Shown piece by piece: positions 20,683 through 29,614 of a DNA stretch of 64,000 bases. Both the position numbers and the translations under genes were made by a program. Source of the DNA: Tepidisphaera sp. Lineage in GTDB: Bacteria > Planctomycetota > Phycisphaerae > Phycisphaerales > UBA1924. Location: assembly GCA_050916045.1 (NCBI GenBank), contig CP051526.1, positions 2,304,001 to 2,368,000 on the forward strand. Direction: 5' to 3'. The number at the start of each line of letters is the position of its first letter. The first letter of the stretch is position 1. The notes below the pieces were generated by a model. It was given only the letters and a program-made list of their open reading frames with translations, was not told where the DNA came from and did no database searches.

Positions 20683-21732
20683 ATGCGGACTTTCACCTAC
20701 CTGTTCACGATCTCGGCTTTGGCAGTCGCAAGTTCGGCGATCGCCCAGCCCAGAGAGGTGAAGGTAAAAAACAGCGGGGAAACTCGGTCGAGCCCCGAGA
20801 ACCTTCAAGGGGGTTCCGACACTGGCAAGGGACAGGAAGTCAACATCGAGTTCAAGGGCGGCACCTTGTCCGAGTTCGTCGCTCTGCTGACGCAGACCAC
20901 GGACCCAAGAATCAATCTCGCGGTCGCGCCGGAGATTCTGAAAGCCAGAATCCCCGAACTCACGCTCCGAAAGATCACGGTCCCGAACGCTCTGCTCGCG
21001 GCCCTCACCGCTGCCGATGACCCCGCCAAGCACTTCTGGATTGTTGAAACAGGCGAGGGACTCAACCCGCTCTACAGGATCTCGTCGCGGAACGGCCCCC
21101 AAAGCCCCATGCCTCAGGCTGAGTCGAGCCTGCAGATCTTCCCCCTCAAGGAATGGGCCGGCAGCCCCGAAATCACGCTGTCCGCCGTCGAGAGTGCGGT
21201 CTCGCTTCTGAATGACACCGATCCGCCGAGAGTTTCGTTTCACAAGGATTCGGGCCTTCTGATGGTCTCGGGAACCGCCGCGACCATCGACGCGATCAAG
21301 AAGGTGCTCGACGGACTTGAGCAGCGCGCGAGCGCGGCGAGAGCGCAACTCGACCGCAACATCGCCATCAACGTCATCAACGCCATCAAGGCACCGAGCG
21401 AAAACCAGGCACTCGAACTCCTTATGGCGTGGAAAGACAAGGCTGAAGATTACGACCGAGCCATGGCGGACAATTCGATCAGAAATGCGACCAACCAAGA
21501 GAAGCTCGACATCATCCGCCGCGAGGTCGAGGAAGTCCGCAAGCGAGCCGATGAGAGAATCATCGCGCTCGACAGGGAACTGCTCCTCTCCAAGGCGTCC
21601 AACTCGAACACGATGATGGAGTTGAACGCTCAGAGAGCCGAAAATCAACGGTTGAAAGCCGAACTCGAAGCCCTTCGTGCGAAAGTGGCCGGACCCACCG
21701 TGCAGCCCGCCGAGCCCGCCCAGCCCAAATAG
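20683..21732 (+). CDS. Secreted protein with secretin N-domain-like segments and C-terminal coiled coil
   Basis: AGGAGG RBS; signal peptide; IEFKGGTLSEFV and FHKDSGLLMVSGT...IKKVLDGL resemble STN/NolW-type domains; heptad-rich C-terminus. Confidence 0.6.
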   Translation: MRTFTYLFTISALAVASSAIAQPREVKVKNSGETRSSPENLQGGSDTGKGQEVNIEFKGGTLSEFVALLTQTTDPRINLAVAPEILKARIPELTLRKITVPNALLAALTAADDPAKHFWIVETGEGLNPLYRISSRNGPQSPMPQAESSLQIFPLKEWAGSPEITLSAVESAVSLLNDTDPPRVSFHKDSGLLMVSGTAATIDAIKKVLDGLEQRASAARAQLDRNIAINVINAIKAPSENQALELLMAWKDKAEDYDRAMADNSIRNATNQEKLDIIRREVEEVRKRADERIIALDRELLLSKASNSNTMMELNAQRAENQRLKAELEALRAKVAGPTVQPAEPAQPK

Positions 21733-21740
21733 AATCCGCC

Positions 21741-22370
21741 GTGACTCCGGCCCGACTTTCGATCCTCGTCGGAGACGATCTGGTGCCGCACCTCTCGCGG
21801 CGGGACCACTCCCCCGTCCCGTCACACCCCTCCGCCCACGACATAACCGCCGCGCTCGCCCGTGGCGACGCAGCGGTCTTCGATCTCTTCTACCGCGCGT
21901 GGTTCCCAAAGCTCCTCGGCCTCGCCCGCCGCGCCACCGGCCGCGACGAAGCCTTCGCCCTCGACGTCGTCCAGGACACGTTCGTCCGCATCATCCGCTC
22001 GCCCCGCGTCTGCCCGACCGACGGCGAACTCGCTGCGTGGCTGCGGGCCTGCGTCCTCTCCGCTGCCGTCGACCGCCTCCGTGCCGAGGCCCGTCGCAAG
22101 AGCCGTGAACGGACCGAGGCACGAAGCGACCCCGCCGTCGCCCCCGCGGAGACGACCGAAGCCTCCGAACGCCTCGCGTGGCTCTCGGGCCGCCTCGCCG
22201 AACTGCCCGCCACCGACCGCGACCTCGTCCGCCTCCGCTTTGGCCTGCAACGCACGCTCGCCGAGATCGCCGCAGAATCCACCGACCGCTCAACCTGGGG
22301 CAGCGTCCAAGGCCGCCTCCGCCGCACGCTCGACCGCCTCAGACTCGCCGCCTCGGAGTACTTCGCATGA
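21741..22370 (+). CDS. ECF (sigma-70 group 4) RNA polymerase sigma factor (start uncertain)
   Basis: GDAAVFDLFY, ALDVVQDTFVRI, AWL, region 4 LAELPATDRDLVRLRF...TLAEIA...VQGRLRR. Confidence 0.82.
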   Translation: MTPARLSILVGDDLVPHLSRRDHSPVPSHPSAHDITAALARGDAAVFDLFYRAWFPKLLGLARRATGRDEAFALDVVQDTFVRIIRSPRVCPTDGELAAWLRACVLSAAVDRLRAEARRKSRERTEARSDPAVAPAETTEASERLAWLSGRLAELPATDRDLVRLRFGLQRTLAEIAAESTDRSTWGSVQGRLRRTLDRLRLAASEYFA

Positions 22371-22942
22371 GCACGCCAGACATGAGCAAGCCCAATTCGT
22401 TCGACCTCTCGCTCGACCTCGCCCCCTATGAGCCGCTGACGCCCAGCGCCCGTGATGCCCGCGATGCCATGCTCGAGCCCCTGCGCACGCGGGTGGTCGC
22501 GCGCCGCCGACGCCGCCTCGCGATCCGGGGGGGTTCCGCGTGCGTGCTTGCGATCACGACGATCGTCGGCGTGCAGTTGCTCACCACGCCCAACAGCACG
22601 CCGTCGCGTGAAATCGTCCAGCAGACGCCCCCCCCCGCCCCAATCGCTCCCGAGGCACCCGCCGCACCCGAAGTCACCGTCGAACGACCGAAAAAGTTCG
22701 CCATCACCATCCTCACGACCGACCCGACCGTCCTCGACCGCCTCTCCGCCAAGCCGCCCGCGGCGCCGCTGATCACCTCGCTCACGGACGACGAGTTGCT
22801 CGACGCGCTGCAAGCCGCCGGCACCCCAGGCTTCATCAAGATCAACGGCAAAGTCGTACTTTCCCGCGATCTCTTCAAGCCCGCCGAGTCCGACGCCAAC
22901 CCTCAAAGCCGAGGTGAAACCACCGGCGACACGCACGGCTGA
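22367..22942 (+). CDS. Putative anti-sigma factor, single TM
   Basis: ATGA overlap with the ECF stop; basic stretch RRRRR before one TM helix; Pro-rich linker. Confidence 0.6.
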   Translation: MSTPDMSKPNSFDLSLDLAPYEPLTPSARDARDAMLEPLRTRVVARRRRRLAIRGGSACVLAITTIVGVQLLTTPNSTPSREIVQQTPPPAPIAPEAPAAPEVTVERPKKFAITILTTDPTVLDRLSAKPPAAPLITSLTDDELLDALQAAGTPGFIKINGKVVLSRDLFKPAESDANPQSRGETTGDTHG

Positions 22943-22961
22943 GCCCTCGTAAGCTCCCGGC

Positions 22962-23291
22962 GTGATCGCAGGACTCTTCCAACATACGCTTGCCAGCACC
23001 GCCAGCTCACCCTCCGCGCCCGTCGGCGGCTCGCGCCTTGAGCATCTCTATCTCTTCGGCGGGATCGCCATCGGCTTCCTCCTCGGCCTTCTCATCGCCG
23101 CTGCCGCGTGGTCGATCCTCCGCCGCTCGCGCCGCCAAGCCGAAATGGACGAGCGGCAGAAACGCCGCCTCAAACGCCGCATCGTCGGCCAAGGTGCCTG
23201 GGCCGAGGCCGCCGACCGGCTCGAAACCCCCACCGCCGAAGAGCTCGATGAACAGCACGGCGACGACGAGCCCGGAGAAAGGCCGCGATGA
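22962..23291 (+). CDS. Small hypothetical membrane protein
   Basis: One TM segment (GGIAIGFLLGLLIAAAAW); ATGA overlap with next gene. Confidence 0.55.
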   Translation: MIAGLFQHTLASTASSPSAPVGGSRLEHLYLFGGIAIGFLLGLLIAAAAWSILRRSRRQAEMDERQKRRLKRRIVGQGAWAEAADRLETPTAEELDEQHGDDEPGERPR

Positions 23292-24052
23292 CGAAGCCCT
23301 TCGACGGCTCCAAGCCAGTCGCGGTCGTCACCGGCGCGGCCCGCCGCGTCGGCCGCGCGATCGCCCTCGAACTCGCTCGCCGCGGCTGCGACATCGTCGT
23401 CCACTTCGGCACAAGCGCCCGCGAAGCCGAATCCTGCGTACGAGAAGTCGAATCGCTCGGCTCAAAAGCGATGACGCTCCAAGCCAACCTCGCCGAGACC
23501 TCGGCGGTCGAGCGACTCGCGGCTTCGGCCCTTGCTCTGTCCCGCGTCGACATCCTCGTTCACAACGCTTCTCGCTACGAGCCATCGCCGCTCAGATCGC
23601 TGAACGCCGAAGACGCCCTCCTCGACTACCGCATCAACGCCCTCGCTCCCCTGCTGCTCTCGGCACGCCTTGCGAGCACACTCGGAGCGTCACCGCTCGC
23701 GGGTGGCGGCGCCATCGTCTGCATGACCGACATGCACGCTCTCGGCCGACCGCGGAGCAACCACGCGGCCTACTCCATGACCAAAGCCGCCCTCACCCAC
23801 ATGGTCGAGTGCCTCGCTCGCGACCTCGCCCCGCACGTCCGCGTCAACGGTGTCGCTCCCGGCGTCGTCGAGTGGCCCGAAGCCGGCCCCGAAACCGACC
23901 CCGCGATGCAGGCCCGTTACCTCGCCCGCACGCCCCTCGCCCGCGCCGGCACGCCCGAGGACGCGGCGAAAGCCGTGGCGTGGCTCGCTTTGGAAGCCAC
24001 CTACACCACCGGCCAGATCGTGCGGGTCGACGGGGGACGCTGGCTGACTTGA
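23288..24052 (+). CDS. SDR family oxidoreductase, pteridine reductase/FolM-like
   Basis: VTGAARRVG, VHNAS, YSMTK (YxxxK), APHVRVNGVAPG, TGQIVRVDGG. Confidence 0.88.
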   Translation: MTKPFDGSKPVAVVTGAARRVGRAIALELARRGCDIVVHFGTSAREAESCVREVESLGSKAMTLQANLAETSAVERLAASALALSRVDILVHNASRYEPSPLRSLNAEDALLDYRINALAPLLLSARLASTLGASPLAGGGAIVCMTDMHALGRPRSNHAAYSMTKAALTHMVECLARDLAPHVRVNGVAPGVVEWPEAGPETDPAMQARYLARTPLARAGTPEDAAKAVAWLALEATYTTGQIVRVDGGRWLT

Positions 24053-24083
24053 CAAACTAGTGCATGCTAACTTATAGTTCACC

Positions 24084-24437
24084 ATGCTCGGCCCCTGGCT
24101 CTTTCTCGCGTGCTTTCTCATCGCCGGGTTTGCGTTCGCGATGCCCGTGGTTTCGGCGATCCGCCACAGCGACCGCGGTTTCGGCCGAGCGGCTTTGGGA
24201 ATCCCGGGCGGCGTCCTGATCTGGGCGTGGATGGCGATCTACACCGGCGTGATGGAATCCGTGTGGACGGTCAAAAGCCTGACGCCGTGTCTTCTGGCGA
24301 TCTTCGGAACCTTCGGCTCGGGCTTCATCACCATCAGCGCACGAGCCGCGCTCAGGGCGCGACCGACACCGGGCGAGTGCCTGCACTGCGGCTACTCGCG
24401 AGGGGAACTGGCGCGTTGTCCCGAGTGCGGCCGCTAG
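24084..24437 (+). CDS. Membrane protein with C-terminal zinc ribbon
   Basis: Three hydrophobic segments, then CLHCGYSRGELARCPECG. Confidence 0.65.
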   Translation: MLGPWLFLACFLIAGFAFAMPVVSAIRHSDRGFGRAALGIPGGVLIWAWMAIYTGVMESVWTVKSLTPCLLAIFGTFGSGFITISARAALRARPTPGECLHCGYSRGELARCPECGR

Positions 24438-24446
24438 CTCCGCGTT

Positions 24447-25655
24447 TCAGCACCCGATCTCAAACGCCTCCACAAACTCCGCATAGTCGAAGAAGTCGAT
24501 GAATCCGTCGAAGTTGAAGTCCGCGCGTTCGGTGCCCGCCTCAAAAGCCTCGACGAACTCGCCGTAATCGAAGAAATCAAGGAAGCCGTCGCCGTTGAAA
24601 TCCGCATCGCACAACGAACTCACCTCAACCACGAAACCGATCCGTGAGTAACGGTCGGTGCGGTCGTTGGCCGTTCCCCCGATCACACGGCCGTCCGCCG
24701 ACAGGGCCGAGCACAGAAGAAGGTCGTACGAACTCGGAAACGCGATCCCCTTGGCCGCGAGATAATCGCTCAAACGCTCGAGCCCGCGCTCCGCGGTCCA
24801 GATCGTCGCGATGAACTGCTGGGCAGGGATCCCGACCTCCGAATACCCCACCACCACCGTTCCCGCGTCGTTCACGTCAGTCGCGCGGAAGATCGACGTC
24901 CCCGGCAGCTTGCCGAGATTCACCACGCCAGACGACGTCCACATCGCCCCCGATCGATCCGCAAGCCAACCGACCAGGATCGAAGCGTCCCGGCTCATGC
25001 CGAGGCACTCGTTCGAGCCTCCGTTGGTCTGATCCACATAGTCGAAACCGCCCGCGACCGTCCATCGGAACGCGCCGTACTGCCAATGCTCCGCGACCAG
25101 CGTCGAGCCATCCGCGCTCACGCCCGCCACGTTGCACCACGCTTCCTGACCGGCCTGCTCCGGCAGAAGCATCCCGGTCGCTTGCGACCAGTAGAACGCC
25201 ATCGCCACGTTCGCTCGGTCGTAGCTGAGCGCCCCCACAATCACGCTTCCATCGTGGTTGGTCCCCAGACCCAGCCCATAGTCACCGCGAGCAATCGGAA
25301 TCGTCACGAAGGAGTTGGCGCTCGTCCAGTAGAAAGGCACCTGGTCGGTGTATGGGAATGTCTGGGTGTACCCCACGATCACCCTGCCATCGCCGGAAAT
25401 GCCGCTCGCGACGGACCCGACGCCCGCGGCCGAGCCGATGTCCTCGCGGCCCCCGCCGCGCGTCCACCGGTAGGCCGAATAGGCCAGGTCCTCATGCACC
25501 GTTCCCACCACGACCCGTCCATCCGCGGAGATACCCGCGATGTTCGTCATGCGCGTCACAGGCTCACCGGCCGATCGCACCGTGTGAAACTGCCCCAAAG
25601 CGGCCGAAGCAAGAAACGGCGAGAAGGAGATCAGACCGAGCGCATGTGATCGCAT
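24447..25655 (-). CDS. Secreted HAF-repeat beta-propeller protein, GC-type dockerin-anchored
   Basis: Repeated A.GISxDGxVIVG units; C-terminal CDADFNGDGFLDFFDY...FEIGC. Confidence 0.85.
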   Translation of the reverse strand: MRSHALGLISFSPFLASAALGQFHTVRSAGEPVTRMTNIAGISADGRVVVGTVHEDLAYSAYRWTRGGGREDIGSAAGVGSVASGISGDGRVIVGYTQTFPYTDQVPFYWTSANSFVTIPIARGDYGLGLGTNHDGSVIVGALSYDRANVAMAFYWSQATGMLLPEQAGQEAWCNVAGVSADGSTLVAEHWQYGAFRWTVAGGFDYVDQTNGGSNECLGMSRDASILVGWLADRSGAMWTSSGVVNLGKLPGTSIFRATDVNDAGTVVVGYSEVGIPAQQFIATIWTAERGLERLSDYLAAKGIAFPSSYDLLLCSALSADGRVIGGTANDRTDRYSRIGFVVEVSSLCDADFNGDGFLDFFDYGEFVEAFEAGTERADFNFDGFIDFFDYAEFVEAFEIGC

Positions 25656-25740
25656 GGAGGTTCCCTTTCCCAGAGTCCTCGTCAGCGTACCACACGCACG
25701 TTAGAAGTTCAACCCCCCCGTCTCGGCACCTTGCGGCTTC

Positions 25741-26643
25741 TTAACATCCGTTCTCAAATCCGAAAACAAAGTCGGTGTAATCAAAGAAATCCATGAACCC
25801 GTCCCCATTGAAATCCGCGTCAGGATCGCCGGACTCGAACCCTTCGACGAAATCGAGATAGTCGAAGAAGTCGACAAAAGCATCACCGTTGTAATCCGGC
25901 GGGCAGTCGCCCGTACGGAGCTGGATCGACGTCGAATACCACGCCAGCGACGTCCCCGGCGCATCCGCGAACCCCGCGTTGTCCGTCCGCTGCTGGCCAA
26001 GGAAATAAAGCGTCGCCGTGAACCGGCGATTCAGCCGCATCGTGCCCGCCGGCACCGTGTGGCTCGTGTCCCCCGCCCCCGGGAACCCGAGATACACCCG
26101 CGCCGTCGAGGGGAACGAATCGATCACCAAGTAGGTGATGTTTTCGTTGCCGCTGGACGTGAAGGAGTTGATCCTGAACGTGTAGTCGTTCGAGCTGTCG
26201 ATCGCTTCATACTCCGCAACCTGCGAAGGGTCGAACATCGGCACGGTGTCGGGAAAGTGAATCGGATCGGGCAACTCGACATCGCCGTCCTGATACCCGA
26301 GAGATCCACCGTCGACCAGCAGCGAGTACGTCCCGAGCGGAAACTCCGTGAACATTTCCGCCGGGTCGGTAAAGAGCGAGCCGCCCTGAAAGATCCCCGG
26401 GACCACCTCGATGCCCTCGTACGCGTTTCCGAGCGCCGACACCACGCTCGCGGTCGTCGCGTCGCCCGGCTGAGAGTTCACACCCCAGAAGAACGAACAC
26501 GCGTAAAGCTCGACCTGCGAGCCCGTCTGCCTGTGATTGAACTGATACCCCGCCGCGTACGACTCGACGTCAGCGTTCGTGGAAGCGGCAAACCCGGCCG
26601 TGAGCGCGAGAAGCCCCGCGCAAGGAAGAAGACGAATCGACAT
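25741..26643 (-). CDS. Secreted GC-type dockerin-anchored protein
   Basis: Signal peptide; C-terminal CPPDYNGDAFVDFFDY...DFNGDGFMDFFDY...FENGC. Confidence 0.8.
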   Translation of the reverse strand: MSIRLLPCAGLLALTAGFAASTNADVESYAAGYQFNHRQTGSQVELYACSFFWGVNSQPGDATTASVVSALGNAYEGIEVVPGIFQGGSLFTDPAEMFTEFPLGTYSLLVDGGSLGYQDGDVELPDPIHFPDTVPMFDPSQVAEYEAIDSSNDYTFRINSFTSSGNENITYLVIDSFPSTARVYLGFPGAGDTSHTVPAGTMRLNRRFTATLYFLGQQRTDNAGFADAPGTSLAWYSTSIQLRTGDCPPDYNGDAFVDFFDYLDFVEGFESGDPDADFNGDGFMDFFDYTDFVFGFENGC

Positions 26644-26742
26644 GCGAAAATCCCTCCGATCGCGGACACCGCGATCCCCAAAGGTAGCAGCGACACCCGC
26701 TCTATCTGCGCGTCCCGCCGGATTGTCGTAGACTTTCCGCTT

Positions 26743-27003
26743 ATGAAAGCTCTTTCGCGTCGCTGCCTCGCCATTTTCACGCTCTCCGCCGGACTCGCCG
26801 CCGCAGGGTGCTCCAAGATCCGCCTGATCGAGCAGTTTGACATGGGCCCCGTGACTCGCAACGGCCTGACCATGCCCGGCAAGTCCGAGGGCTACTTCTG
26901 GGTTGACCAGACCGACCAGCCCACCGAAGGCAAGCAGTGGCGGAACGTCGATCCCGACACGCTAACGCCTGAGCAGAAGGACAAACTCCCACCCAAGCCC
27001 TGA
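26743..27003 (+). CDS. Small hypothetical lipoprotein
   Basis: MKALSRR signal with lipobox-like AAAGC. Confidence 0.6.
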   Translation: MKALSRRCLAIFTLSAGLAAAGCSKIRLIEQFDMGPVTRNGLTMPGKSEGYFWVDQTDQPTEGKQWRNVDPDTLTPEQKDKLPPKP

Positions 27004-27027
27004 AAGGGCACTGAGGGGTTCAGAAAT

Positions 27028-27051
27028 GAGACGATCGCGCGAGCGGTCGCC
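27028..27051. repeat. REP-like 24-nt hairpin element, identical to 49046-49069
   Basis: GAGACGATCGCGCGAGCGGTCGCC; internal stem CGATCGC-GCGA-GCGGTCG; lies between convergent genes. Confidence 0.6.
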
Positions 27052-27068
27052 AAATGGTCGAGATTTCT

Positions 27069-28244
27069 TCAGGCTTTGAACGCCGACGCGACCTTCCGCA
27101 GCGCTTCTTCCACAACGCGGAAGTGCTCATCCGTCAGGTCGTGGTGCATCGGCAGCGCGAAGACCTGCGTCGACAAGCGATCCGCCACCGGGCAATCCTT
27201 CTTGTCCCACGCCGACAGCGCCGGCTGCTTGGGCAAGCTGCGGGGATAGTGCACGGCCGTCGGCACGCCCTCGGCGCCGAGAGCTTTGCAGAACTCATCG
27301 CGGCCGACGCGGAACTTGGCGGTGTCGAGCTTGGCGACGTACAGGTGGAACGCGGACTCGGCACCCGGCGTGGTCTTGGGAGCGATGAGGCCCGGAATGC
27401 TGTTGAGAATCGCGTCGAACCGCGCCGCGTTCTTCTGACGCTGCTTGGTCTGCGCGTCCAGGCGATCAAGCTTGGAGCAGCCGATGGCCCCGGTGATGTC
27501 GTTCATCCGGTAGTTGTACCCGACGTATTCGTGGAGGTACTTGTCGGTCTCGCCGTGGCTCCGCAGAAGCTTGATCGTGCGAGCGAGCGCATCATCGTTG
27601 CAGCTGATCGCGCCGCCCTCGCCGGTGCCGAGGTTCTTGGTGGCGTAGAACGAGTAGGTCACCGCGTCGCCGAACGCGCCGATGCCCTTGCCCTTCCACG
27701 TCGCCAGGTGGCTCTGGGCCGCATCGTAAACAACCTTCAGGTTGTGCTTGGCGGCAAGTGCCTGAACCGCGTCGATGTCGACGGGGCAGCCGTAGAGGTG
27801 GGTCGCCGCGATGCCGCGGGTCTTGCTCGTCACCTTCCGGGCCGCGTCGGCCATGTCGATCTGGAACGTCTCGGGAATCGCGTCCACGAACACCGGGACG
27901 CAACCGCGAGCGACGATCATGCTCACCGTCGCGATGTACGACCAGGCCGGCACGAGAACCTCGTCCCCCCGGTTGAAGAGCGGCTCATACGCGAGCTGAA
28001 GCGCGCACGTGCCGTTCGCGCACGTCATCATGTGCTTGGCCCCGGACATCGCGCCAAACCGCTGCTCGAGCTCTTCGCACTTCTTGGCGGCCCGGAGCAT
28101 CCCGGACTTGAGGACCGCGAGGGCTTGCTCGATATCCGCCGGAGCCAGACCCGTCGACATGAACGGAACATTCGTCTTGCTCACGGGGGTGCCCCCGTGA
28201 ATCGCGAGCGTGGAGACCGAGGGGGCCGAAGAGATCGTCGTCAC
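27069..28244 (-). CDS. DegT/DnrJ/EryC1/StrS family PLP aminotransferase
   Basis: AGGAGG RBS before GTG 28244; NGTCAL, THLYG, DAAQS, SFYATKNLGTGEGG, GYNYRM. Confidence 0.92.
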   Translation of the reverse strand: MTTISSAPSVSTLAIHGGTPVSKTNVPFMSTGLAPADIEQALAVLKSGMLRAAKKCEELEQRFGAMSGAKHMMTCANGTCALQLAYEPLFNRGDEVLVPAWSYIATVSMIVARGCVPVFVDAIPETFQIDMADAARKVTSKTRGIAATHLYGCPVDIDAVQALAAKHNLKVVYDAAQSHLATWKGKGIGAFGDAVTYSFYATKNLGTGEGGAISCNDDALARTIKLLRSHGETDKYLHEYVGYNYRMNDITGAIGCSKLDRLDAQTKQRQKNAARFDAILNSIPGLIAPKTTPGAESAFHLYVAKLDTAKFRVGRDEFCKALGAEGVPTAVHYPRSLPKQPALSAWDKKDCPVADRLSTQVFALPMHHDLTDEHFRVVEEALRKVASAFKA

Positions 28245-28612
28245 GCGGAAATCCTCCTTGGGAGTGAGACGGAGGATAGCGCGCATCGCCCCTTCCCGCC
28301 GCCCAAACCCCCCGAATCAGGCCATCCCAAAGACGCATTCGCCAAGGATCTCGGACCCAGTTTCCCCAGCTTCACAGATTCTCCTTGCAACCCGGAAAGC
28401 TCTCGGATACACCATGAAGAGTTCCGCCCGCGGGGAGGTTCGGTCGTGCGCTGCTCGCGCCCGGCCGAGATTGGCTCTGACTTCAGCGCGCTTCGGCCAT
28501 TCGCGTCAAGCGTTCAGGCATGCAGTGGTGTCGGGGCTGATGCTCTACCGGGTGTCGGCCCCGCTTGCCCCACGGGCGCATCCCCGCCTTTGCGGCCCCG
28601 TATCCTCGGGCG

Positions 28613-29596
28613 ATGCCGCATCCGTCACCTCACGCCCCCCACTCTCCCCACCGGCTCACGCTGGCCCACTCTCCTGACCCCGACGATGTGTTCATGTGGT
28701 GGCCGCTCACCGGCGTGATCGTCCCCGACGGCGGAGGCTTCCGTCGCGTCAAGCCCCCCTGCCTGCCGCAACTCGCCGATTCGCCCTTCGCGTTCGACCC
28801 GCTGCCCGCGGACATCGAGGTTCTCAATCGCCGCGCGCTGGACCTCTCGCAGCCGCAGCTTGACATCACGGCCCTCTCTGTTCGAACCTGGGCGGACGTG
28901 CGCGACCGCTACGACCTGACGCGATGCGGCGCGAGCTTTGGCGACGGCTTTGGCCCCAAGCTCGTCGTGCCCGCGGGTTCCTCGGTCTCCGATCTCGCAT
29001 CCCTCAAGCCCGGCCTCACCATCGCGATCCCCGGCAAAAGGACCACCGCGTTCCTCATGCTCGGCATGGCGATGGGCGACAAGCTCGCCCACACCAGCTT
29101 CGTCGAGATGCCTTTCGACCAGATCATCCCCGCCGTCGCCCGAGGACAAGCTGACGCGGGCCTGGTCATCCACGAAGGCCAGCTCACCTTCGCCGATGCG
29201 GGCCTGCGACTCGTCGTTGACGTCGGCGCCTGGTGGAAAGCCAAGACCTCGCTCAAGCTTCCACTTGGCATCAACGCCATCCGAAACGACCTCGACGCCC
29301 GGTTCGGCCAGGGCTCGCTCGCGCACGTCGCCGAGCTTCTCGCCGCTTCCGTCAAGTACGCGATGGACCGCCGGGCGGAATCGACCGAGCTCACCATGCC
29401 CTGGGCGAAAGCCAACGCCGAACGGGCGAACATGGAAACCCCCACGCTCGCTCGCGTCGACACCTATTGCCGCATGTACGTCAGCGAGGAAACCCTCGAC
29501 ATGGACGAAGCCGGCCGCTCCGCGATCGCCAGACTGCTGGACGAAGGGCACCGCGCGGGGCTTTGTCCGAAAGTCGCCGAGGTCCGGACGCTCTGA
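28613..29596 (+). CDS. mqnD: 1,4-dihydroxy-6-naphthoate synthase (futalosine menaquinone pathway)
   Basis: AHSPDPDDVFM, DIEVLNRRA, ASFGDGFGPKLV, IPGKRTTAF, IHEGQLTF, LPLG. Confidence 0.88.
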   Translation: MPHPSPHAPHSPHRLTLAHSPDPDDVFMWWPLTGVIVPDGGGFRRVKPPCLPQLADSPFAFDPLPADIEVLNRRALDLSQPQLDITALSVRTWADVRDRYDLTRCGASFGDGFGPKLVVPAGSSVSDLASLKPGLTIAIPGKRTTAFLMLGMAMGDKLAHTSFVEMPFDQIIPAVARGQADAGLVIHEGQLTFADAGLRLVVDVGAWWKAKTSLKLPLGINAIRNDLDARFGQGSLAHVAELLAASVKYAMDRRAESTELTMPWAKANAERANMETPTLARVDTYCRMYVSEETLDMDEAGRSAIARLLDEGHRAGLCPKVAEVRTL

Positions 29597-29614
29597 CGCC
29601 GCCTCAACCTGAGC

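Noticed and set aside
20563..20696. N-terminal extension of the ORF-track prfB (19443-20696)
   Set aside because: Not RF2-like and overlaps the divergent gene; the real start is ATG 20562 in another frame joined by the +1 frameshift.
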